Positions 48,400 through 60,890 of a stretch of DNA of 64,000 nt are shown one piece after another. Both the position numbers and the translations under genes were made by a program. The DNA is from Lama guanicoe (taxonomy: Eukaryota), in assembly GCA_013239625.1 (NCBI GenBank), contig MU053762.1, positions 23,424-87,423 of the forward strand, in the 5' to 3' direction. Each line of letters opens with the position of its first letter. Position 1 is the first letter of the stretch. Below the pieces are notes generated by a model. The model saw nothing but the letters and a program-made list of their open reading frames with translations, searched no databases and was not told the DNA's origin.

Positions 48400-49300
48400 C
48401 ACTCACAGCTCCTCTGAGTTCCTGACTGGTGAATCCAGCTTAACAGCGGACATCACCCCTCAGATGTCCCATAGACACTTCATAGACAAAATACCACACA
48501 CAGAACCATCTCCTCGAAACCAGCTCCTCCCCTTACACTCCCCCTGCAGATCTGCTCTCCAGATGGGTCACTGGAAGTTCATCTCAGCAGCTCTGTGCTA
48601 CCCCACCACGCAGTAACCTCTGCAGCACTTACCGCATCTGCCGCCCTCTTCTCTATCCCTCTGCCCAGCGCCTCTCTGCAGGCGTGTGCCACTAGTTGTC
48701 TGGGTTACCTGGGGTGGCCCCCTGAAATATCCTTTCCCCCCCCAAGTATGGGCCTCCCCCCAAAGTATTATCTTCCATTCTGCTTCCAGAATAACCAGAT
48801 CTTCTTCAACATAAACATTATGCAATTCTCTTACTCACAAATATTCCAATATATCCCTGTTTCTTTAAGGATGTATCCTTAAAGAATGTATTCAAGTCTA
48901 AGTACACAAGACCCATCATGACAGAGGCCTTGTGCACCTGATATTCCCACCTGTGGATCCTTTGTTCTAGACCTACTTGTTCTTCAGTCTGGCCAAGCAG
49001 CTTCATGCCGTGTACTCTTATATGTCTCTACCTCTCTGCATGAAGTGTCCACTCCCTCTACCACATGTTAGAGAGCTAACTTCCATTCACCTTTCAAAAT
49101 TCAGTTCAACTATCTCCAGCTGTAGGAAGTCCAATTTGTGTTCACCTGCTTAGCAATCCATCAACTACTCACCATGCCTCATTTGGCCTGGAGAGTGCAG
49201 ACACCAAGTCTTACCTGTCTCGGTCTCCCCAGCAGTTGATACAGTGTTTGGCAAAGCAGGTGCTCAATGTTTGTTGGGTGGATAAATGAATGAGTGAGTA
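48400..49300. mobile_element. L2 fragments
   Basis: Pyrimidine-rich L2-like sequence ending in the characteristic cagtgtttggca...aggtgctcaatgtttgttg...tgaatgagtgag tail. Confidence 0.5.
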
Positions 49301-52278
49301 AAGAGATGAGAGGTCTACAACTCCCCCCAGTTACTCAGCAGCCATTTTGGAAAGTTCATTCTGTGGAGTTAAGGAAATGTCAGTGCAGCGGGTGGGCAGA
49401 CAGAGCAGAGGTGAGGGCATGGGGGAGACAGGCCTGGTCCTGGAGAGCGCAGGAGAGGCATGGGTGGGATAGCACTGGAGAGAGTGGGAATGAAGGGGGT
49501 GGGTTCAAGGAGACGTTGAAGAACAACTGATATTAACTGCAGTAAATTAAAAGGAAAAAATACTATATGAAGTGAAAATCAAGTTAACACAGCACAGGTG
49601 GAAGAAGAAGTACCAGAGACAAAGAGCTCTTATTTCATCTCTCACTGCATTTCACTTTTGGCACCCACCCTCTGGGAAGGCATCGCCAAATTCTTGAGAG
49701 ACTGGCGTTTGTGCTGTGGGTGCCCTAAGTACAAAATGGTATCTTAAGACTTCCAGATTTTAAGACAGATAGATTATTACTCTTATGTCTCATGTCTGAG
49801 TTCTCAGATGGCAGGATCATTCGCTGGTGGGGGGAGAGCTATTGTGGTTAACAACTCAGGGTTACTCTAATAATCTCAAAGGATGGTGGGAAATTCACTA
49901 AAACAAATTAAAGAGAAATTTAACTCAGAAGAAAACATATGCCATGTAGAGCCTTGTGGGGGCCGTGGGGGCAATGTTAGCACCAACTCATCTAACAGTT
50001 GTATGTGAGTGTGTTGAAACTCCAAGCTTAAGTCACTTAGTCATGTATGAGAACCAGTGTCCAGGTTGTGGTGCTCTGGACATGGATGGGAAGATGCAAA
50101 GACTGACTACTGCCTCTGACAGGATCAGTCCAGCCAGGGAGCACAGTGGACACGGACACGATCACACACCACCAAGACAAGAATCAAGTGCAATTAATGC
50201 CTAGAGAGGAGAGCAGAAAATCTGTAAAAAGTGGAGGGGTTCCTGCCAAGGCGTGGCAAGAATACTTCCAGGCAGAAAAGCAGAGAAAGATACTTCAGGC
50301 AAAGGAGACTAGGGTTGGTGGCTGGGTGCGAGGACTAACAAAGCATGGGTGGAGGGCTCCAGGGTCATCTGTCAGAAGCTGTTCCCCTTCAGCACCTAAG
50401 AGACATAAGTAAAAAGGCAGGTAGGGTGTCATTAATGATCATGGGGAAAACTGGGAGGAGGAAACTCTGGTCAGGAGATCACCATCAAAGGTAGTTTATT
50501 TTAGAGGAACAAAAATAATTCAAAAAACACTTGGAAATTCTATCTCTCATGAACCAAAAGAACAAAAAATAGGTTTCAATCTAGCATTGAATATAGAATA
50601 ACAGACTGCCTACTCTCAGAAATTGATTAATTTTTCTAAGACTGCCTAAGAAATTGATTAATTTTTCTAATTCATTAGGGAATTTTTAGATAACAGGAAA
50701 ACTAATAAGTCTGAAAAATCTCTCTAGAATAGCTGTTACTCCATCCTTTTTTGCAGGGCAGGGGGAGGCTGAATTATTTAATTGGCATTTTAATGAGACT
50801 ATAATGTTCTAAAAGTCCTATAAATTTCTTCCCAAAGCATACAATTTTTCCTTTCAATGCCCTTTATTTGACTTAACTAGAACAATAAATTTTCTCCAAG
50901 GCTTTTTTCATGTGTGTTAAAATAACAAATGATATGCTGCCCCCAGAATGTTGTTATTATTAATGCTGATAATAGCCCCAATAAGAAATATTTACAATTA
51001 TGACTCATTTTGGAATAACAGGACATTGGCTAATAGTCTTTTTGAAAATAAGCAAAATAAATGAACATAACTTCTACACCAGGGACTGCAGCTGCACCCT
51101 TAATGGAACCTGGTCATGAAACACAACAAAAGCAAAAATGAAACTCAAATCAGACACCAGGCCACAAAACATCGCTGACTGAAGATGCCACAAGATGACT
51201 TTTCACTCACCGAAGGAACCAGATGTGTTTCCATGTATAATGTATATTTTTAAAAGCAATTATTTTACATATAGAATGTGATTTAGGAAAAAATGTGATT
51301 TAAAGAAAAACTCTCTCTATCTGTAGAGTTATAAACAGGAAGCACAAAGGGGTGCCTTTGCAAACATGAACCCCCATGCATAAATGCAAAGCCTATTGAC
51401 CAAAATCCTTTCCTGTTCTCCTAAGTTTAAAAAAAAAAAACTAATTCAAGGCAGTGGTGAGCTGAAAGAGCTCAGATACAAAACGTGAACATCATCAGCC
51501 TTCTAGTAGATAAAAGTGCGCCATGCATAATAGAAAAGATGACGTTTCCTATGGAAATCTATTTTGAGATGCAACCATTTAAAGGAAACCGAGAGCTCAA
51601 AACCAAGGTCAACCAAAGAGAAACAGAGCCCAAGCAAATGTACAGAAATGGACACAGACATTGGAGAAGGAGGGGATCTGTGCTCAACCGATATTCCAGA
51701 TCAGCAAATTCATCCTGAATTCAAGCCAGTGATGTGCCATGAGATCACTCAAGGAACCAAGCAGAAACCATCAGCCAGAGGAAATAGGAACAATGACAAA
51801 GGCAGGTGTGAGATGTGATAGGGGTGACCCTGTGAACCTTGCTGCCATGAGGCAGGATGCTCTTGCGGGCTTTCTGCACAGGCTGGCTGACTCACATGGC
51901 TCTGTTTAGAAGGATATCAGCTAACAGTTGTGCCACATGGACTACAGCCCGAGCTGAGTCACATCTAGTAACGGTTCTGAGTTCATCCTTAGACAACATG
52001 ACCAGAAGGCTCTGAGAATTAATGGTGGAGATGTACCTGAATGAATATTCCATTTCATTCCTTGGAAGTAAATCTTCAGCTTTGTACAATGTAAATATTG
52101 ACAAAAATACACACAGGCACCCTATTCGAAAGCCTGACTGCATAATTGTATCTAATGTAGAAAAGCGGGCTCCATTTCTGTATGCTAGGTCATTGTTTGG
52201 CTAGGTAACCGATATTTCTGAGACCCAAAACATACTCTAGTATAACCAACAGCACTGAAATCTCCACTGCTGTCTTAC

Positions 52279-52402
52279 TCATTTCAAGGTATTCATAAAA
52301 TAACCCCAGTTTGCCCATGGGCTGCAGATGGTTGTACCGTTTCCATCGTGGGGTGGTCTGTTCTGCTCCCAAAACTGCAGCACAATTAGATTCATGACCC
52401 AG
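52279..52402 (-). pseudogene. ANO6: ANO6 pseudo-exon (~exon 16), 124 bp
   Basis: WVMNLI..., a frameshifting deletion, then GAEQTTPRWKRYNHLQPMGKLGLFYEYLEM (ANO6 TPRWEQDYHLQPMGKLGLFYEYLEM). Acceptor ttcAG, donor GA|GTAAGA. Confidence 0.92.
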
Positions 52403-52739
52403 CTGAACAGATCAAAAGGCAGGATATTATCAGACCAAGGTCATAAATGCATTACTGACATTTCAAGCTGAGCACATAATATTCTCAAGAATTTAATTTC
52501 TTGTTTTCAGGATAAATTTCTTTTTATTGTTGCCTCTGTACCCCCAAATATTGTGAAAGCTAGTCCTGACTACATTCCTGGGGTTTACCAAAACTGTAAT
52601 GACTACTACTTTATCTCCTAACTCCTGTTCAGGCAGGCATTTTAGCTTTTAGAATATACCTTCCCTAATTTGTCTTTTTTCCCCCCATTTCTCTGCTATT
52701 ATCCACCATGGTCTTTTCAGCCTGAAAATCGTCAGAGAA

Positions 52740-53100
52740 AATAAGTTAAAGAAAGACATACAGGGTCTGTGAGCTGGTGATAAGTACTGCAGAGGAAAAA
52801 GGAGGGTAAGGAATTTGTGGTAGGGAGGAGTGGGGATGGAGCACTGACCTTTGAATAAGGCAAAGACGGAGGCAAAGGGTGGGCAGAGGAGGGGCAGAGG
52901 GAACAGTGATCACAGGCTTGGAGGTCCCTCACGCTGGACAGACAGCACGGAGGCTGGTGTGGGCCAGAGTGAACAGGAACTAAGTGGTGGTTTTGGGGGT
53001 GGAGCCTAAGAGACTGCAGTGAGGATGTGGGCATTTTTCCCCTTGAAGGAACTGGGGAGCCATGGAGGGTCACCGAGCAGAAAAGTGATACTCTAACTTT
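52740..53100. mobile_element. L2 fragment
   Basis: Purine-rich L2-like motifs: ggcagagggaacag, ggaggctggtgtgggccagag, actggggagccatggaggg...gagcag. Confidence 0.5.
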
Positions 53101-53840
53101 GGATCAAACAGGTCCAAGACCCTAATTTAAGCTGAATTTAAGCTGATCAAGGGCCAAAGAAGCGACATACCGCCTCAAAGTCAGTGCAGAGCATGAAAGA
53201 AATACAGCCTCGACTCACAGCCCAGTGCTCTGCCCCCTCCTGGATGCTGTCCCACAGAGCTGTGTCTAAGGTTGTCTTTTTCCCTCACTCAGAGGCTTGT
53301 GGGTCAACTGAATGCTTCTCTCTTTTTCAAATGGCAATTTGTCCTGAAAAGAAATCAGAGTTGACAGTGAAACAAGGCATGGACCTGTAGCCTACAGAGC
53401 TGTTGTCCCTGAAAGCAACAGCTGGCAATTGGTTTACTCATGGAATTCAGCAGAAGAGACAGAGCAGCAACAGACAACTGAGCATCTGGCAGAGCTTTGG
53501 CTGACTGCATTGCACTTTTGGATGGATTTCAAATTTAGACAATGAGGAGGCTTCACACAAAAGGCTGGTGTATACACTGTACATGCACACACATGTGTAT
53601 GCACACACACACGGACACACAGAGTATATGATGTGACCTTTAAAGAATTGCCCCTGCTAGGTTTCCTACTGCCTCTGATCTCAGCGTTAACTGTTCACTG
53701 ACCACGCTTCCAGGTTTGCTACGAGATTTCTTTGCAATGGAACATGCCCTTCACTTAGCAAACTTTCTCCACTTCTTTCAATGATATTAGGAGAAGAGCA
53801 GGGAGCTCTGGGAAGTGATGGGGATATGGACTCAAGATAC

Positions 53841-54078
53841 NNNNNNNNNNNNNNNNNNNNNNNNNNNNNNNNNNNNNNNNNNNNNNNNNNNNNNNNNNNN
53901 NNNNNNNNNNNNNNNNNNNNNNNNNNNNNNNNNNNNNNNNNNNNNNNNNNNNNNNNNNNNNNNNNNNNNNNNNNNNNNNNNNNNNNNNNNNNNNNNNNNN
54001 NNNNNNNNNNNNNNNNNNNNNNNNNNNNNNNNNNNNNNNNNNNNNNNNNNNNNNNNNNNNNNNNNNNNNNNNNNNNNN
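53841..54078. other. Assembly gap (238 N)
   Basis: Run of N. Confidence 1.
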
Positions 54079-54123
54079 TCATATGCATGATTTAGTTTGC
54101 AAATTGTCTAGAAATTTTTGCAT

Positions 54124-54310
54124 CAAACAACAAGGTCCTTCTGTATAGCACAGGGAACTACAATCAATACATTGTAGTAGCCTATAGTGAAAAAGAATAT
54201 GAAAAGGAATATATATATAACTGAATCATATATAACTGAATCACTATGTTGTACACCAAGATTTAGCACAATATTGTAAATGAACTATACTTCCGACAAA
54301 AAAAGTTGAA
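54124..54310 (+). mobile_element. L1 3' end (cetartiodactyl-type)
   Basis: aaacaacaaggtccttctgtatagcacagggaacta...tataactgaatcactatgttgtacacc...tgtaaatgaactatacttc. Contains a small tandem duplication tatataactgaatca x2. Confidence 0.8.
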
Positions 54311-57300
54311 ATAAAATGGGGAGATGAAACTTCCACTGCCCAGGCTGCTGTCAGGATGAAACAATTCAAAGCAGGTGAGGTATTAGCAAACCCCCTAACA
54401 TCAAAACCCCATGTGGGATCTTCCTTTTGAGCAGCACAGGCTAACCGGCTGTGGTCACCTGTAAATAAGGTTAAAGTCACTTAGACCCTTGGCTTGGGGA
54501 CACTGTGGCCACAGGGGTGGGGGTCACTGCAGCACCTATGAGAATGACAGGGACAGCCTGCTGCTGAAGCCACTCCGCAGGCTGCAGCCCAGAGCACTGC
54601 AATCAGGTCTGAGGTTTGGCCAGGAATGCAGAGCTCCACAGCCACTCGGGGCCCTGCGGTGCGAGTGGTGCTGGGACCACGCTTGTCCATTACCCTTCCT
54701 GGCACCCAGACTCGGGAGTGTCCTGGGGGAATTTTTCTCTGCCTCATACTTCCTGTCTCAGCCTCTTGTGGAATCCGGTCCATGTCTCAGGGAAGCAGGA
54801 CTTTTATCCTATGGGACCCAAATCCATCACGGTTTGGATCCAGGATGAAACTTCCATGCTAACTCATCTGGCGCTCCCTTCTTGTGCTGAACTGCCCTCC
54901 CAGCTGATGGCATTAGGTCATATTAGAAGTCCCGACTTGCTTGTCCTTAGCTAAGACTCTGAGCCTCTTGCTCAGCCTTCCTGAGTGGAACCACTCATCT
55001 GTGGCAGAAAAGCTTGGGCTGTCATCTACCCATCATGGTCCTCAGTCTATTGGGTTTTCGGTTGGGTTATAGTTCTCATGCAGGGATATCAATTTGCACA
55101 TGAGAAGCACCTGTAGACATTTTAAAAAATACAGACACTGGATCCTCCCCCCTCTCCAGCCAAGGCTGGAAGCTTTCTCCCTCTAGCAGGGGTTACACAA
55201 TCATTTGCTTGGGAATTGACCACACATATTAGCATAATCAAAGTAAATTGCACTTTACTCAGTGCTTGCCAAGTGGTATTTTCTACTACTACTTCATGTT
55301 TGTACCTGCATTATCACATTTAATCCCTGCATTATAGATTATCACCATTTCTGTTGAGGACACTCCCACTTGCTAATCTTGAATACAAGTATCTTTGATT
55401 CTCTAAATCTATTCCATTCCTGAGTTTCCTGTTCCTGAATTTAAAGAATTAGGGACACATGTATTTAAGATTCTCTTATTATATGTCTCTGACTCATCCT
55501 CTAACCAAATCGTATCTGGAAAAGAGAGATTTTCTTTTTCTTATTTTATAATAGTGTATACCCACAGTGGAAAATGTAGAAAACATATAAAGTAAGAAAA
55601 TTACAGCCATACCTTATCTAAACACCAAAGGACAATTCTGTGCCATTTTGGGCATTTAACTATTTTTCTTAATACTTTGTCATAAAATTTCTCCAGGGCA
55701 AGTTGCTTAACCCTGGAATTGTACTAGCCTTTTGTCAAGTACAGAATTACATTCCCAGAAATGATCCCAATATCAAAATAGTATGTGAGACTGGGAAGGC
55801 CACAGGGCTTGCAGCTTATTCTCTGAGTCCCACAAAGAATGCTGTTAATTCACTGATGCCTGTGAGTCACTCACTCACTCAGCTGGCTCGGACTGAGATC
55901 TACTTTATACCAGGTGCCGATCCAAGTGCTGGGGAGACACCAGAGGGAGCCTGGATCACGGCATCACTGTCCTTCTTCATTTTCTCCCAGAATCCTACTG
56001 AAGAACCCCACATGGAATTGGGGGGTGGAAGAAGGTGATTTATGGTGAAATTCATTTCATTATGTTCCTTTAGACATATTTAAATAGCATGAAAATAGTC
56101 GCTAATTTTGATAAGTTTTCTTTTCCCTTCCTATGTATTTTTGAGGATGGGTATAGATTTGGCGTAGCAAGAGTAACTGATAGATCTTTGATATGTTAGG
56201 ATTTTATATGAAAAAAATAAGAAGGGAACTAGCACCTTATACAAACAGAAGAGGCAGTGAGGAAGACACAAGCCACCCTCGAACTTGGCTACCATTCAGC
56301 ATTCCTGGTTTTCAAACAAGGTAAACATAATTCAAAACATATTCCCTAAATATTTTAGCCCATAGTAGAAATACATGGAGGCAAAATTCAGCTCACTGGA
56401 ACCTACAACAATGTGCTTACTTAAGCAAAGGTAAAAACAGACCACAGATACTATAATGCATCCTTTACTTTAAACTAGTTCATGTGAGCAAGTTTCCTTT
56501 CACATGAATTGCTCAGTACCAATTTAGGAAATATATCCTTCTCCTTGATTAGTAAAAATAGCTCACTGATAACCAGATTCAACAAAATTTAGTGTTAAAT
56601 AATTAACCTATTTCCTTCAGGAAATGCTTTCGAGTAATCTGAGTTAAGTATTTCCTCTATCTGATGTATTCCTTTTCACAGAGAAAAATAATATTTGAAC
56701 ATGAGCTACTTTTACTCCTCTGGAAAAATCTGACTGTGAGCTCAGGGTAGGAGTTGTCTACTACACAGTAGGGAAAAAAAGATTCATTTCACAGCGAAGA
56801 TCAGAATCTTTTTTTTTTGAGGGGCGTGGTGAGCTGGGGGACGAGGGAAATGCCTTTGCTTAGAGACAGACCCCAGTAAACCATACTGAAGCTGAAGGTG
56901 AAGCCCTTGTGAAGAAATGTGGAAGGACACACTGAAACCCAAAGGTGTTCACTCTGAAAAACAGAAAGAAAGAAAGAAAAAAGAATTTAACTGCCCTATA
57001 AGGAGAATGGACAGAAACTTGGTAGTAAGGGAGAAAGAAGGAAGGTTAGGGAAGGGAGGAGAAACAATGAAAGGGAACTTGGATGCGGTGGGCAGAATAG
57101 CAGGTTTCTGGAGCCTAGAATGAAGGATGACAAGAAAAAAAAGTAAAGTTTAAAAAAGTAACAAAGTTTAAAATAGTTTAAAATTTAAAAATGAAGTTAA
57201 AAATAAATTTTTTTATAGTGGCATGGAAGATTTTAAAATGATGGAGGTTTTTATTTCAAAATTCAGGTTGAGTTTCTCCTCCATGCTCCAAACATCAGTA

Positions 57301-57465
57301 AGGCCTGCTTGTGTAAGTGGTTTTGGGGGACACCACTGAGAGGGGTTAGCTCTGCCGTTAGGTTGACCAGGAGCAGAATGCTGGTGTGGAAGGCAAGATA
57401 GAAGAGAGATCAACAGTTTCATGAGAACAGGAACTCAAAGCCAGAAATTCTCTTAGAAAGGTTAG

Positions 57466-57989
57466 TGTGGTAGGCAGAAAAATGATCCCCCTCAAGATGT
57501 CTATGTCCAAATCCCCAGAACATATGAAGAGGTCAGGTTCCCTGGCAAAGGGGGCCTATGTTTGCAGATGTGGTTAAGTTTGCTAACCAGCCAACTCTAT
57601 GAGAGATGAGCTGGATTATAGAGGTGGGTCCAGTGTACTCAGCAGGGTCGTTAGAGGAGGAAGGGGAAGGCAGAAGAGGGGAGAGAGGAGAGGAGATGTG
57701 ACTACAGAATCAGAGTCAGAGGCACACAACTGTGCTGACCTTGAGAGAGAGAAAAGAGGTCACAGGCCAAGAGACGCAGGTGGCCTCTGGAAGCCAGGAG
57801 AGTCAAAGATACATGTTCCCTTGGGGCCTTCAGAAACAGCCCTGCCAACACTTTGACTTCAGCAGGCTTCTGCATTCAAGAACCCTATGAGGTTAAATTT
57901 CTGTTGTTTAGTGGAGACTTTTTCTTTTTTCTTCCTACTACCATGATGTTTGGGGATACGTGTTACAGCAGCAACAGAAAGCAAATACA
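57466..57989 (+). mobile_element. MaLR solo LTR (MLT1-like)
   Basis: Starts tgtggtaggcagaaaaatg and ends tgttacagcagcaacagaaagcaaataca. Internal ccctgccaacactttgacttcag is typical of MLT1. Confidence 0.8.
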
Positions 57990-58239
57990 GTAACCTCCTT
58001 GAATTGTGCAGAAATTGCAGATAACACTGGACTGTCCGCTTTGACAGGGGATTGGGCTTATGTGAAAATCAAAAGGACAGGGTGACCTAAGCTAACATCT
58101 ACTTTTCTCATTTTTAGGAAGAGAGCAGTAAGTCAAAACCTCTGTAGTTATTATTTTAGACAAGTTTCTCTTAAAACATTAGGTAACCTTGTACCTTAGG
58201 ACCCCAAGGGAGCCTCTGTTCTTAGAAGAACACGGATTC

Positions 58240-58383
58240 AGAGAGATAGGGTCTTACATCTGAGTCCCACAGTTGTCTTATTGGCAATGAGAGCTTGGGC
58301 AAATCATTTACCCTCTTTAAGCCACAGGATCTTCATTTGCAAAAGGGAGATAAGAGTAAAGATTGTTTGAGTGATTAAACTGT

Positions 58384-58415
<32 letters not shown>

Positions 58416-58470
58416 GTACAACATTTAGTACAGTGACTAGCACATACTAGGCACTCAACAAATTCCTCTT
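58240..58470 (+). mobile_element. MIR with an internal (CA)n microsatellite at ~58384-58410
   Basis: ttgggcaaatcatttaccctctttaagcc...cttcatttgcaaaagggagataa...ggcactcaacaaat. Confidence 0.7.
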
Positions 58471-58822
58471 ATCATATTTTAAATGCATGTATAAAAGGAG
58501 GAGAAAGTTGTGGGGATTTGTGGAAAACATTAGATCATGGACCCAACAAGGGCCATCACTCAAAGGGCTCTTATCAGTCAGTCCCCAGTGATGGGCTAAT
58601 AAACAGAAACTATAGCACTTGGGGATTTAAGTTAAACATTAAAAGGAAGGTATTTAAGCATAATTATTAAACAGCACGTATGTTTACACTGTTGGCTGGA
58701 TCATCTTATCTGGAGACCTTTCATAAGCAGAGAGTCTCCCCTGTTTTAGAGATGGGCACACAGGAAAATGACTTGGATGGGTGGGACGTTCTCACCCCAA
58801 GATCACATGACTTAGTACTCAC

Positions 58823-58920
58823 GGAAGTAACACCTCTTGTATGTTATTCCAGATGGACTGTCCTCCCATGATTATTGTCAGCTGTGTCATCAGTACAAGG
58901 AGACAGCCACCTGGGTCAGA
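58823..58920 (-). pseudogene. ANO6: ANO6 pseudo-exon (~exon 15), 98 bp, reading frame open
   Basis: [32 protein letters not shown] versus ANO6 [32 protein letters not shown]. Acceptor tccAG, donor CC|GTGAGT. Confidence 0.93.
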
Positions 58921-59091
58921 CTGGAATATTAGAAAGAAAACTCTCATTTAAATTTTAGATAGCTCTAACATGAAATAAAGTCAATTTTATGCCTAAATCT
59001 AAGGAACAGACAGTAAAGACACTCTTCATTGGGCAACTAAGAGAAAACATGAAACAGGTTAGACTGTCAGAACACAAAGCTGTATTCACAC

Positions 59092-59259
59092 CTCTTCATT
59101 TCTGTGTTTTCACAGCCAATACACCGGATCTCCCGGATAAGTCACAAATCTGCCTTAAAGAATGCAATTTAGAAACACGAAGAGTAGTAGTTGATAAACT
59201 GGAACAAGAACACCTTCATGGCTAGGCTGTTCTCATAGTCAGTCTGGTACTTGGGAGCT
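59092..59259 (-). pseudogene. ANO6: ANO6 pseudo-exon (~exon 14), 168 bp
   Basis: QTDYENSLAMKVFLFQFINYYSSCF*IAFF...YPGDPVYWL: TAA at 59169-59171 and two 1-bp deletions. Acceptor tgcAG, donor GAG|GTGTGA. Confidence 0.93.
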
Positions 59260-60306
59260 CTGCAGCTAGAATAAAGAAAAGTTAAGTCTGTAAAACTGTG
59301 AATGGCTTTGATACCCTAATCAAAGGCACAGACACATGAGTTAACATGGTAAATATGTATATATATATACACAGTTCACATTGTTTTCATTTAAGCTGTT
59401 GTGAATTCCTTAACATAGTTACTATGTTAATTCCAAGTGTACACTCTGTTTTAAGAGTTTCTCCCACTGTGAATGCAATATCCCACAAGGCAAAAAAAAA
59501 AAAAAAGTCAGCAGTTCCTTAAAATTTATAAGCACAACAGTATCCAATGGGCAAGAAATGTCCCCTGTCAGGTGTAAGCTGACAGAAAACTAGTTTGAAT
59601 ATCCTGCTAAATGATATTCTCTTGTCTCCCTGAAGGGCAGGAAAGTAGGACTATCAAAGAAAACAAACAAAACACGGGGCAACTTGCTAAAAGAAGTTGG
59701 GTAACATAAAACGGGTCATCCTCCTAGTTCAGAATTTGAATTGGTCTTAGTGTTTTCAGAAGATGACTACTGAGCAAACCACTGGGAGAACGACCCAGCC
59801 ACGTGCCACGTGTGGGAAGCACTTGGGCCACTAAGCTGCTGGCTGGGATACAAGCCAGAGAGAAGAAACATTTATTATAGAAGCTATAGATAATGAGAAT
59901 GGAACTACACTAACAGGAACAAAGAGAAGACACACTGTGATTACTTGTCCTCTCCGTAACGCACAAGCAAATCTGCCACTGGAACCACGACCCTCTTCCA
60001 CTTATTTGCAATAAAGAGACTATTTATTTTCAACAATAGGGAACGTGATGTAATGTAATTGAATTTATTATTCAACACTGACCTGTTTACACACAGCTTG
60101 GACATTCTAATGCTTCCTTTGTTCTTTTTACTAATGCAAAGCTGGAGCTAGTTAACTTCTCATATAGGCTAGAGAAATAGGTATACACTTGAAGTTTTCT
60201 AAAGACTGTAATATACTGGAATTGAAGTGCCTAAAAGATACAGTCTCTGTTTTGACCTGGTTCTAAAAGTGGCGTAGAAATGACTTCAGCTGCAGGAGGA
60301 GCTTAC

Positions 60307-60531
60307 CAGAGTCAGTCATCGTGATTGCCACTTTCTCATATATGGCTTTCAGGGTCATGAGGATGATAAAACTGATGAGGGAAGCAGTGATGGGCATGGC
60401 CAATCTGCACAGTAAGGTACTACTGGATTGGGTCTCTTCCATTCAGGCTTGGGAAGTTTTGCAGAAATTACAATCAACACTGAGAGTCCATAGACCATGA
60501 TCCCAATAACTGAAGCAATGGTCATCTGGAC
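60307..60531 (-). pseudogene. ANO6: ANO6 pseudo-exon (~exon 13), 225 bp
   Basis: VQMTIASVIGIMVYGLSVLIVISAKLPK, then a frameshift; later frames give LNGRDPIQ*YLT and ITASLISFIILMTLKAIYEKVAI. Acceptor gtcAG, donor TG|GTAAGC. Confidence 0.92.
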
Positions 60532-60699
60532 CTGACAACCCAAAAACCCAGCAGAATGAGACTCACTAATGATCGTATTTTTACACAGAAAACTTGCCCC
60601 CAACCCACGCTTGAACAGACAACATGCATGTGCTGTAAACCTCATGTAAACATGAGAAGTGATGTAAATCGCACATAAATGCCGCAAGACATGTGAATA

Positions 60700-60890
60700 T
60701 CAGGCATGTTAAACTTTAGGGGAGGAGGAATGAAGGATGCCTAAAAGAATGAGTGCATCCACTAATGTAACATGCTGACAGCAGGAGCAGCTGTGTGCAG
60801 GGCATAGGGTGTATATTGGAACTCCACTTTCTGTGAATTTTTCTGTAAACCTAAAACTGCACTAAAAAAGGAAGCCTGTTAAGTATATCT
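60700..60890 (+). mobile_element. Old L1 3' end fragment (L1MC/MB-like)
   Basis: gggtgtatattggaactccactttctgtgaatttttctgtaaacctaaaactgcactaaaaaa. Confidence 0.6.

Larger units (their letters stand above)
40696..60531 (-). pseudogene. ANO6: Non-processed (duplicated) anoctamin-6 / TMEM16F pseudogene, six exons equivalent to human exons ~13-18
   Basis: Six GT-AG-bounded exons in correct order whose translations match ANO6 transmembrane and loop regions. Frameshifts in five exons and in-frame stops in two. Exon numbering is from memory of the human gene. Confidence 0.88.

Noticed and set aside
50604..50670. Short direct duplication (gactgccta...agaaattgattaatttttctaa x2)
   Set aside because: Ordinary ~30-bp slippage duplication in intron sequence, with no further structure.
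53687..54095. ORFs spanning the N run
   Set aside because: Artefacts of translating the assembly gap.
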